IMG/VR virus record: IMGVR_UViG_3300017653_000203
Location: 1-55,245 of that record
Origin: a virus
Lineage: Duplodnaviria; Caudoviricetes
Direction: 5' to 3' (one strand)
Length of the DNA stretch: 55,245 nt
The notes under the pieces are model-generated. The model ran no database searches. It was not told the DNA's origin and worked only from the letters and a program-made list of their open reading frames with translations. This document shows, piece after piece, positions 35,511 through 44,345 of the stretch (its first letter is position 1; each line of letters opens with the position of its first letter). Made by a program: the position numbers and the translations under genes.

Positions 35511-35732
35511 TTAGTCGGCGTACGTAAATTTGCAATTTTCGATCATAAAATGTTCAGACGTTCCGTCCTTGTTTCCGATAATTACCGTTTCGTCCGTTAC
35601 TTCCGCAATCCGGCCGCTGCCGATCAATTCGCCGTCCTGGAACGCTAGAATCGTAGTACCGTCGAGTTTAGCCGTATGAAAATGGATCGGAGCAGTCAGC
35701 TGGCGGAAGCCGGCGTATTTTTTCTTCGTCAT
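35511..35732 (-). CDS. Hypothetical protein
   Basis: GAGGTG RBS, 73 aa. Confidence 0.65.
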   Translation of the reverse strand: MTKKKYAGFRQLTAPIHFHTAKLDGTTILAFQDGELIGSGRIAEVTDETVIIGNKDGTSEHFMIENCKFTYAD

Positions 35733-35927
35733 AGTACGTCACCTCAACGGAATTATTCGACAAATTGGCGGAAATTCCTTTATGTCCGTACCATTTTACG
35801 CGGTTTCAAGGCTATACGTTATAGACACGTTGCTTCTCCGTGAGGCGGCGTTCTTATTTTGCGCTAAAACGCATATAGCGGCATATACTCCGCTTCTTAG
35901 CGCTCGAAAAGGAGCGTAATAAACCGA

Positions 35928-36443
35928 ATGTCCAACGTAATTGATACGTCAACAGGAGAAATCATAGACGAAGTAAATGCGCGTCATTTTCGGAACAGCA
36001 CATCGGAGGCTCAACGCGTTGTAATGGACGTTCAGCCTGGCGATCAAGTTAACGTAGGCAAGCCGAAGAAATTCGCCCGCGCCGCCGAGTTTACGATGGT
36101 ATTCCACGGCAGTACGCGCGAGTTAGTCCGTTCGAAGGCGTTAAGTGACGATGAAAAATCGCTGCTATTTTCGTTACTCATATACCTTGACTACGACCAA
36201 TATGTAAAGGACGAAGAGCGGTTCTTCTTCAACGTTAACCGAGCGGCGGAGTTGATGGGATGGTCGCGACACCGTTGCGGACGGGTACTCGAAGCGCTCC
36301 GGAAACAACGGCTGATAGGCGTTACAAGCGTCGGCCGCGCGAAATATTACATGCTAAATCCGGCGTTCATTTACCGCGGCGATACGTCGGGGCACGAGTC
36401 AGCCGTTAAACTATTCGAACAGGCCGCGGTCGATGACGAGTGA
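35928..36443 (+). CDS. RepL-like winged-helix protein
   Basis: HTH-like segment followed by YYMLNPAFIYRG, reminiscent of Firmicute RepL; AAAGGAG RBS. Confidence 0.6.
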   Translation: MSNVIDTSTGEIIDEVNARHFRNSTSEAQRVVMDVQPGDQVNVGKPKKFARAAEFTMVFHGSTRELVRSKALSDDEKSLLFSLLIYLDYDQYVKDEERFFFNVNRAAELMGWSRHRCGRVLEALRKQRLIGVTSVGRAKYYMLNPAFIYRGDTSGHESAVKLFEQAAVDDE

Positions 36444-36452
36444 GAACGGTTC

Positions 36453-36496
36453 TAATGGAATGCCAGCGTACCATTAATGGAATGCTAGCGTACCAT
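36453..36496 (+). repeat. Two tandem 22-bp quasi-palindromic repeats
   Basis: TAATGGAATGCCAGCGTACCAT / TAATGGAATGCTAGCGTACCAT, bracketed by TTCTAATGG...CCATTAGAA. Confidence 0.9.
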
Positions 36497-36499
36497 TAG

Positions 36500-37330
36500 A
36501 ATTCCCGCGAAGCCGCACCGTTACGCGATTTCGGGCATTTTCGCCTTCTTATCCCAAGGAAAACGAAAACAAACGAAAGTAATCGCGTCGTCGGCTTCGC
36601 CTTCCTAGCGAACAAGTTCCGCGGCAAAAACGGCCTTGATACTTGTAATATCGGATACGTCATACTTTAATCGTACGATAGGAGCTTACGTATAAGGTAT
36701 TCCGACGACGCGGCAGCGGCGGAGGACAAGGAGGCGTAGCCGACACGTAAGGCTCTTTAGCTCGCGTCAAGTCGATACGACTTATCGATGAGCCTTTCAT
36801 TTGTTCCCGTCAATGCTTTGCATTGTTCGCGAACCTACGTAATACACACCGTACGGTACCGATAGGCTACCGTTGTAACCTTCGCAATTAACGTAGCGTT
36901 CTACGTTGCTATTATAGTAGCGATATTTTACGTAGGGATTACGAAGGGTTACGGAGGTAATGGCGTAACGGTGACGGAGGGAATAGCGTTCGGTTACGAA
37001 TGGGTAACGAAATGATTACGATACATTTGCAGCGCGGCTCTGACCGGACGGCCTTCGGAAACTCACGGGGTCGGACGTAGACTAACGTCTAATTCCGTCT
37101 ATTTCGTTTGTACTATTACGTATATTTGGCGGGTGAATCCCGGATGGTAGCGGTCGATAGCTGACGTGGAACGGTAAGAATGGCGTAACGGTGCGGGTTG
37201 GCAGCGATTGAGGCTGCGGAGTACTACTTCGTAAAATACGGATTTTGTGAAGTAGTACTTCGTGCTTTAACGCACGAAAGCGTCGCCCCCAACGGGTACC
37301 CGCGCAGGCGGTTCGGTAACCGTAAATAGT
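36500..37330 (+). ncRNA. Candidate large structured RNA (or structured origin/packaging DNA)
   Basis: No credible ORF; many local and long-range stems, several with G-U pairs on + strand. Confidence 0.45.
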
Positions 37331-37375
37331 TAGCGTACAATTTTTTAAACTCAATACGTTAAGGAGGCGTTAGCA

Positions 37376-38020
37376 ATTACGAAACAATGCGCAACATGTG
37401 GCGGAAGCGTACCTGACGTTAAATTTTCCCGTAATCATAAGCATTGCAATCGGTGCCGTAGCGTAAAGTCGCGCACATACATAGCGGAGTATCAACGTAA
37501 ACGACGTGCTTCGTTAACCGAAGAGGAACGCGAGGCAGAACGTCAGAGAACGCGTAAATACCGCGAAGAGAATCCGCACTTAACGTTCTTTACTACATCG
37601 CGTTACCTGGCGAATAAAGCCGGTGTTGCTTCCGACTTAACGCAGGAGGACGCTTACGACATATATTACACGGCTGACGCTTGCTCATATTGCGGAAGAA
37701 CACCGGAGGAAGCAGCCGAAAAACGATCGTTCAGTATCGATCATATTATCCCGATGATACAAGGCGGTCCGAACAGCCGCTGGAACCTTACGAAAGTATG
37801 TAACGGTTGTAACTCGTCAAAAAGCTCCGCCTCGCTCGCAGACTTCCGTAGCCGGACGCCGGAGTTTACGGATGAACGTTACCAAGCGGTAATCTCCGCA
37901 ATGGCTACGTTATCCGGTAAGTCGCCGGAATACATTGACGAATTGTTAACGCAATCGGCCGAATTTGAAGCGGCATACCAGCGTGAGCGGGCACGGATGG
38001 AGTCGTTGCTCGCCGCATAA
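37376..38020 (+). CDS. HNH endonuclease with N-terminal Zn finger and Arg-rich helix (214 aa)
   Basis: AAGGAGG-8 nt-ATT; CATC...CNRC, CSYCG, DHIIP...GG...N...CNGCNSSK; the ORF track shows only the last 88 aa. Confidence 0.85.
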   Translation: MTKQCATCGGSVPDVKFSRNHKHCNRCRSVKSRTYIAEYQRKRRASLTEEEREAERQRTRKYREENPHLTFFTTSRYLANKAGVASDLTQEDAYDIYYTADACSYCGRTPEEAAEKRSFSIDHIIPMIQGGPNSRWNLTKVCNGCNSSKSSASLADFRSRTPEFTDERYQAVISAMATLSGKSPEYIDELLTQSAEFEAAYQRERARMESLLAA

Positions 38021-38137
38021 CGATTTCACCGGCACTCGCCCGGTAAATTAGCCGTTCTAAGCGCTAGCTGGTATGAACGGTCTATTTGCGTAACCAAACG
38101 CTAATATCACGATAAAAACACGAAAGGAGGACGTACA

Positions 38138-38575
38138 ATGTCCGAGGCAAAACGGAAGAGGCTCGAAGCACGATTAGACGGCAGGCAGCGGGTCGCGGCA
38201 TTGGCATGCGTTGAACGCGAATTTGCCGCCGAAGCCGACCGGAAAACGTTCGACATCATTGCAGAAGAAGCCGGAGTCTCACGTAACACGCTTTACGAAT
38301 GGCGGACGCAGAACCGTGCATTCATCGATTATATGAACGCTATTTCCGACGATTTCCTTGCCGGTAAGCGTGCGGTTGTATATCGGAGGCTTATGCAGCT
38401 TATCGATAGCAGTCAGCCGTCCGTTAAGGCGATCGACCTGTATATGAAACGCGAGGGCTTAATTACGGCGAAAGTTGAAGTCGATACGAAGGAGTCCGGA
38501 TCGTTACCGAAATCGAACGATGAGTTAGCGTCCGAATTGGCGGAACTGGACGCGTTATTGAACGAAGATAAATAA
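38138..38575 (+). CDS. terS: Terminase small subunit (HTH type)
   Basis: IAEEAGVSRNTLYEW HTH, SVKAIDLY; directly upstream of terL. Confidence 0.8.
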   Translation: MSEAKRKRLEARLDGRQRVAALACVEREFAAEADRKTFDIIAEEAGVSRNTLYEWRTQNRAFIDYMNAISDDFLAGKRAVVYRRLMQLIDSSQPSVKAIDLYMKREGLITAKVEVDTKESGSLPKSNDELASELAELDALLNEDK

Positions 38576-38599
38576 AACAACGTTTAGGAGGTCGGCGGA

Positions 38600-40360
38600 G
38601 TGGCGTGGATTGACGGCGAATGGCTCGGACGTGAAGCGCGCGCCGACCGTATCGAGCTCGTCACGGAACGGGCGAAGAAACTCCGGACGCTAATCGAAAA
38701 GGGCCGGGCGACGGACTATCACGTTGAATCGTACCGGGCGTCAGTGGCGGAATTAAAACGGCTCGTCCGGATACACCGCGGCGAGGTTGATGTCGCTTAT
38801 TTTACGTATGAATACCTATCCGACGGCGGCAACGCGGATAACGACGACAATATCATACGGAACGCCGACGACGGGCGGCAGCACGACGAACTCGCGGATA
38901 TAGCGCATATCCATCGCGAGTTTTTTGATTTATGCGATTACGTCAACGAGACGGAGCGGAACGCTAGGTTAGCGATAGCGGCGGCCCGCGGACATTCGAA
39001 ATCCGGTATGTTTTCGAACAGTTTTCCGCTGCATCAAATTGCATACCGGCGGCGGCATTATATTCTCGTCATATCGGAAACGGACGGGCTGGCGAAGAAA
39101 CTAATCGGATGGGTCAATAAGCAACTTAAATTTAACGCTAAGTTCCGTGAGGACTTTGGACCGTTATTGAACGAAAAGAACACGCAAAATGAACGCGACA
39201 ACGAAGAGGCGTTTATTACGGCGTCGGGCGCGCTGGTTGAAGCGTCATCGTCCGGCAAGCAACTCCGCGGTAAGCGTCACGGAAGCCGGCGGCCGGATCT
39301 CGTTATCGTCGACGATCCCTCATCGCAGAACAACGAAGGCACGAAGGAAGCACGGGAAAAGCTCGTACACTGGTTTAACTCCGTTGTCGTACCTATTGGT
39401 ACCGCCGGTACAGCGATTATTCTCGTCGGCACGATGGTAAGCGCGACAGGCCTGCTGAATCACGTATTGAAGCGGAGGGACTTCAAGTCATCGTTTCATG
39501 GCGCTGTTATACAAGAACCGGATAATCCGAAGCTATGGGACGAATACCTCGAAATTTACGGGCGCGCCGAGGATATGGCGGAAGTGGACGAGTTTTACGA
39601 AGCGAACCGCGAAGCGTTAGAAGCCGGCGTGAAATTAGCGTGGCCGTGGCGGTGGACGTATCGGGCGCTCATGCACGAAAAGTTTAACATGAAAACGCGC
39701 GCATTCAATTCGGAATTCCGGAATTTGGCGTTTAGTGAGGACGAGCAATTCTTCTTCCCGGAGAATTTCAGCAAGTACCGTTATGAGTACGAAGGCGAGC
39801 GGCGGTTTATTCGATACGAGGATATGCGGATACCGGTCGAAGATTTAACGATAAGCGGCGCGTGGGATATAGCGCTCGGAAAGAACGCGCGGAGCTGTTA
39901 TAACGCTGTCGTTACCGTCGGCCGCTACGAAAAGACCGGTCACATTTTCGTGCTTGACGTTTACGCATCGAAAGAGCCGGCGCACGTTTATATCGATTTA
40001 ATTATCGAGAAAATGCGGCAATGGCGGTATCATATCTTTTCGGTCGAGACGATTAACGCGCAGCACGAATTTTATCGGCAACTACAAGAAGCGGCGCGGA
40101 AGGCCGGAATCACGCGGACGAAAATCAACGATGTGAAGTCGTATAAATCGTCAAAAGAAGATCGGATCGAATCGCTCGAACCGCTGTGTCACAATAAAAC
40201 GCTGATATTTAACGATAGCCATACGATACTGCTCGATCAAATGGCGCAGTATCCGTTCGGCGATTTCGTGGATGCGATTGATGCGCTGCAGCTTTCGGTT
40301 GAACACGTTGCGCGGGCGAAGAAGGTTGTACGGAATAAGCCGGCGATGTTTTATCGGTAA
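38600..40360 (+). CDS. terL: Terminase large subunit
   Basis: ARGHSKS, LVIVDD, VGT coupling motif, AWDIA and DFVDA nuclease motifs. Confidence 0.93.
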   Translation: MAWIDGEWLGREARADRIELVTERAKKLRTLIEKGRATDYHVESYRASVAELKRLVRIHRGEVDVAYFTYEYLSDGGNADNDDNIIRNADDGRQHDELADIAHIHREFFDLCDYVNETERNARLAIAAARGHSKSGMFSNSFPLHQIAYRRRHYILVISETDGLAKKLIGWVNKQLKFNAKFREDFGPLLNEKNTQNERDNEEAFITASGALVEASSSGKQLRGKRHGSRRPDLVIVDDPSSQNNEGTKEAREKLVHWFNSVVVPIGTAGTAIILVGTMVSATGLLNHVLKRRDFKSSFHGAVIQEPDNPKLWDEYLEIYGRAEDMAEVDEFYEANREALEAGVKLAWPWRWTYRALMHEKFNMKTRAFNSEFRNLAFSEDEQFFFPENFSKYRYEYEGERRFIRYEDMRIPVEDLTISGAWDIALGKNARSCYNAVVTVGRYEKTGHIFVLDVYASKEPAHVYIDLIIEKMRQWRYHIFSVETINAQHEFYRQLQEAARKAGITRTKINDVKSYKSSKEDRIESLEPLCHNKTLIFNDSHTILLDQMAQYPFGDFVDAIDALQLSVEHVARAKKVVRNKPAMFYR

Positions 40361-40403
40361 AATTACGATTGATTATTAATATTCAACGAAAGGAGGACGT
40401 TAA

Positions 40404-41939
40404 TTGAGTAAGCTCTTTATACCAGGCGCGCAATACCCGCCAGCCGCCGATATCGAACGGCTCGCGAAGTACCAACGGGCGCGCGCGATATTTGACGGGC
40501 GGCTATACGACGTTTACGAACGCGCGACGGACTTGCTCCGCGATACGCCGGCCGCGCCGCAGCTAGCGAAGCTGTATATCGCCGTCAACTTAATGGACGT
40601 ATTGATATCGAAGCCGGCCGATTTAATGGTCGGCGATCCGCCTACGTTTGAGTCCGGTAATCCCGACAACTCGGCTGAACAGGCCGCGCTTAACCGCATT
40701 ATCGAGGAAAACGATATTGTCCAGCTCATACACGAAACGGTAACGGGCGGCGGTATCCGTGGCGACGCGTGGTTTAAATCGTATTACGCGGTACGGCAGG
40801 ACTTTTCAGCGCTCGCGGCTGCTAATCTTCCGATACCCGACGTTGATCCGGAGCCAATAATCGAAGCGGTCGACGCAAACTACGTTTTCCCGGAACTCGC
40901 CCGCGGTAGCCGGAAGAAATTCAGCGCTATAAATATCGCTTACGTCGAATGGGTTGACGAAGGGAAGGACGAGGTTCCGTATCTTAATGTTGAGCGACAC
41001 CTGCCCGGATATATCGTATATGAGCGCTATAAACTGACGGCCGCCGGCGTTGATAATTCGTACGGCGTACCTATTCCGACTTTTACGATTGGCGACGCCA
41101 TGAATACCGGCCGCGAAACGGACGTAATCGAAACTGGCGTTAACCGGCCGCTCATTTTCCACGCTCCGTATAAAACGGTTGACGACGATTGGCGAGGGAT
41201 AGGCGGAATCGAAAAGTTAGAATCCGTATTAGCCGCGATTAACGACCGCATCGTACAAATCGACTACATCCTATGGAAGCACTCGGACCCGATTGCCTAC
41301 GGGCCTGACGATATAGGCGATGATGACGACAACGGTGGCAATGCGGTCCGGTGGGGCGGTAAATATATTCCGGTCGGCAAGGGAGATCAGACGCCCGGCT
41401 ATATGACGTGGGACTCGCAGCTCGACGGCGCCTTTAAGGAACTCGATATGTTGCTGTCGCTCGTATTTATCCAATCGGAGACGCCGCAATGGCTATTCGG
41501 AACGGTCGTAGCCGGCGCGGACAAAGGCGGAACAGGTACGTCGCACACGGACGGAGCGGCGATTAAAGCCCGGTTTATGCCGATCTTGTCGAAGGTGAGA
41601 CGGATTCGGACGCACATCGATAAGGCACTCCGCGACGCGTTATGGACAGCGATGGAACTTGAGAATTTTGCGAACGCCGACGTTGAGGGATTTACGAAGT
41701 ACGAACCGATCTATCCGAAAATTAATTGGCGCGACGGAATTCCGAAGAATGAGAAGGAAGAGGCGGAAATATTCTCGATTCGAACGGGCGCTAAGCCGAC
41801 AATCGATGTTCGCGGCGCCATTAAACGGATGGACGCGCTCGACGATCAGCAGGCGGACGCGGTTATCGGTCGGATTGCGAAGGACGAGAAGGCGGCGGGC
41901 TTCGTTGACAGTACAGTGTTTAACGAAGTGGTAGTATAA
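40404..41939 (+). CDS. Portal protein (SPP1 gp6-like)
   Basis: 511 aa after terL; GDAWFK, GYMTWD, GAAIKARF. Confidence 0.88.
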   Translation: MSKLFIPGAQYPPAADIERLAKYQRARAIFDGRLYDVYERATDLLRDTPAAPQLAKLYIAVNLMDVLISKPADLMVGDPPTFESGNPDNSAEQAALNRIIEENDIVQLIHETVTGGGIRGDAWFKSYYAVRQDFSALAAANLPIPDVDPEPIIEAVDANYVFPELARGSRKKFSAINIAYVEWVDEGKDEVPYLNVERHLPGYIVYERYKLTAAGVDNSYGVPIPTFTIGDAMNTGRETDVIETGVNRPLIFHAPYKTVDDDWRGIGGIEKLESVLAAINDRIVQIDYILWKHSDPIAYGPDDIGDDDDNGGNAVRWGGKYIPVGKGDQTPGYMTWDSQLDGAFKELDMLLSLVFIQSETPQWLFGTVVAGADKGGTGTSHTDGAAIKARFMPILSKVRRIRTHIDKALRDALWTAMELENFANADVEGFTKYEPIYPKINWRDGIPKNEKEEAEIFSIRTGAKPTIDVRGAIKRMDALDDQQADAVIGRIAKDEKAAGFVDSTVFNEVVV

Positions 41940-43165
41940 TGGACGAACAACAAATTTCCGCGCTCGTCGCCGCCTATAAAGACGCAATCGAACGTATCCG
42001 GGCGGAACTGCTCCGTCTCGACTTGACGGACATGAGCCGCGCCAATACGAACGCCGCGCTCGCCGAGGTCGCCGGAATCTTAGCGTCGCTTAACGCCGAG
42101 TCAGCCGCGTGGGTGGCCGAGAATATTCCGGAGGCGGCCCGTTACGGCGTGGCGAAAACACTCGTCGACATTGGCGTAGCAGATTCGGTAAAATCTGCCG
42201 AAAAGATAGCGGAGTTTAACCGTATTAACCGCGATATGGTTGCGGCCGTCGTCGCCGATACGCAAGCCGATTTACTCGCCGTTACGCAGAACGTCGACCG
42301 GCGCGTTAAATCCGTTGTGCGTAAGGTGGCCGCCGATTCGATGCGGGCGAACATGGCTTCGGGAGTAAACGGTCGCCGGACGATTAGTCGCGAAATCTTA
42401 TCCGGAATGCGGCGCGAACTCGGCACAGCGGTTGATACCGGTTTGATTGACGCGGCCGGACGCCGCTGGAAGCCGGACGTTTACGTTGATATGCTTACGC
42501 GGACAAAGATACACGCGACCAGCCGTGAGGCCGCCGTGAATGAAGCGATAAGTCGCGACGCTTTGTACGGAGTGATATCGAGACACGGCGCGACGGACGC
42601 TTGCCGCAAGTACGAGGGAATAATCGTAAAGCTAACGCCGGACGCACCGGGCAACTACCCGTATATTGGCGATCTTCCGCGCAACGAGATATTTCATCCG
42701 AATTGCCGACATAGCGTTACGCCTACGCGGCGACCGGAAACAATTACGGAGCCCCCTTCGTATAAAGAAAAAGAAGAGGCTGAATTTAAAGCCCGGCAGG
42801 AAAAGGTAACCGGAATTATTACCGATATGAGGGAAAACGGGATCAATTGGAAACCGGGATCAGCCGAGAGTCATTTGAAAAAACGGGTCAAAAAAGGTTA
42901 TCTTCCAAAAGATTCAAATTTATCTGATTATGAAACTCGTATTTATGATATAATTAAAAATAAGTCAAACGACGTGTATGTCTATTCCTTGAAGCGATTC
43001 GACCAGGAATATTACGTTTTCGGCGATAAAAAATGGATCGCAATAGTCGGAGAAGATGGCGTTTTTGAAACCGCATTTCCTCCGGATTACTACTCTCGGT
43101 ATTTATCTAAAAAAGACGGCTATACTCGGATAGGAACGATAAAGGAGTTGATGATCGATGGCTAA
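41939..43165 (+). CDS. Minor head protein (MuF-like) with C-terminal putative toxin domain
   Basis: DAAGRRW, DACRKYEG, HPNCRH, then about 140 aa of AT-rich extension. Confidence 0.82.
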   Translation: MDEQQISALVAAYKDAIERIRAELLRLDLTDMSRANTNAALAEVAGILASLNAESAAWVAENIPEAARYGVAKTLVDIGVADSVKSAEKIAEFNRINRDMVAAVVADTQADLLAVTQNVDRRVKSVVRKVAADSMRANMASGVNGRRTISREILSGMRRELGTAVDTGLIDAAGRRWKPDVYVDMLTRTKIHATSREAAVNEAISRDALYGVISRHGATDACRKYEGIIVKLTPDAPGNYPYIGDLPRNEIFHPNCRHSVTPTRRPETITEPPSYKEKEEAEFKARQEKVTGIITDMRENGINWKPGSAESHLKKRVKKGYLPKDSNLSDYETRIYDIIKNKSNDVYVYSLKRFDQEYYVFGDKKWIAIVGEDGVFETAFPPDYYSRYLSKKDGYTRIGTIKELMIDG

Positions 43166-43460
43166 TATTAAACAACTAATTCAAAACTACGGATTGGACG
43201 TAGACGACTTCGATATTAGTCCGTTCGAATCTATTAACTTGCTGCATACCCGGAACGAGATTCATTCGAGAATCGGCGAATTGTCCGGAAATGACCGTAG
43301 CGAACTACACAAATACGATATGCTATTGATCGAGAATGCCGGACGAATGTACAGTCATATTTCTAAAATTTACGATTTTGAAAATAGCGGCGAGCCATTA
43401 GCTAAGTGGTGGTGGCACCTCGATAAAGTCGCAGACAGAAAATTAAACGTTGAACTATAG
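43158..43460 (+). CDS. Putative immunity protein for the MuF C-terminal domain
   Basis: Small acidic AT-rich ORF overlapping the MuF stop, ending in a KWWWHLD motif. Confidence 0.65.
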   Translation: MANIKQLIQNYGLDVDDFDISPFESINLLHTRNEIHSRIGELSGNDRSELHKYDMLLIENAGRMYSHISKIYDFENSGEPLAKWWWHLDKVADRKLNVEL

Positions 43461-43491
43461 CGTCACTCTGAATACAGAGGGCGCTATTTTT
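43458..43491 (+). terminator. Intrinsic terminator
   Basis: TAGCGTC-a-CTCTG aata CAGAG-GGCGCTA followed by TTTTT. Confidence 0.7.
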
Positions 43492-43576
43492 ATGCCCATT
43501 TTTGACCGAACGTACACGTCGTAAAACTGCAACGGAATAATAGCGCGACGGCGCTCAATAAACGGAGGTATGACGA

Positions 43577-44266
43577 ATGATTAACGAAGTTAAAACGCAT
43601 AAATACCGCTTGGCGCTAAATTTACAGACGTTCGCGGAGGACCCACCGGTTAACCCACCGCAGGACCCGCCGGCAGAACCGCCAGCAACGGTAACGATGA
43701 CGCAGTCGGAGCTAGACGCGCTCATCGCAAGGGAGAAAGCACGCGCTAAGAAGCCGTACGCCGATTACGACGATTTGAAATCGAAGCTTTCCGAATTTGA
43801 AGCGGCGGAAGAAGAACGTAAGAAAGCGGCTATGACGGAAGCCGAGCGATTACAGGCGGAAGTTGCAGCGGCGAAACAAGCGGCAGAAGAAGCGGAGACT
43901 GCCCGCAAGCAAGCGCTGGAAACGGCGAACCAACGCGCAATTAAAGCGGAATTTAAATTAGCGGCAGCTGGCGTGAATATCCGTAAAGATGCGATCGATG
44001 ATGCGTTTTTACTCGTTGATAAGGCGGGTATTTCCGTTGACGACGGCGGTAACGTCGTAGGGATTGCGGATGCGTTGGCGGCGTTAGTCGCGGCGAAACC
44101 GTACCTCGTCGAGCAAGCGCCGGGTAAGCCGAAAACTATCGGAGAGCCGAATAATCCGGCTGCTGACGAGAGAAAAACGTTAGAGCAGCAATTGGCTGAC
44201 GCAAAGAAACGTAAGGACTTTAGTAAAGTCGTAGAAATTTCGAATAAGATCGTTAATTTGAAGTAA
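43577..44266 (+). CDS. Capsid scaffolding protein
   Basis: LALNLQTFA motif, TQSELDALI, YADYDDLK coiled coil, KPYL. Confidence 0.88.
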   Translation: MINEVKTHKYRLALNLQTFAEDPPVNPPQDPPAEPPATVTMTQSELDALIAREKARAKKPYADYDDLKSKLSEFEAAEEERKKAAMTEAERLQAEVAAAKQAAEEAETARKQALETANQRAIKAEFKLAAAGVNIRKDAIDDAFLLVDKAGISVDDGGNVVGIADALAALVAAKPYLVEQAPGKPKTIGEPNNPAADERKTLEQQLADAKKRKDFSKVVEISNKIVNLK

Positions 44267-44268
44267 GA

Positions 44269-44304
44269 GGTCAAGCGTAATAACTGCGCTTGGCTTTTTA
44301 TTTT
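44269..44304 (+). terminator. Terminator-like hairpin between scaffold and capsid genes
   Basis: GGTCAAGCGTA...TGCGCTTGGCT followed by a T-run. Confidence 0.6.
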
Positions 44305-44345
44305 ATACAAACAAACAAACAAACTCATTAAGGGGGAAATTTTCA

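Noticed and set aside
36453-36496. CRISPR mini-array
   Set aside because: Only two abutting repeats, no spacer and no cas operon; the RecB/Cas4-like gene is a common stand-alone phage nuclease
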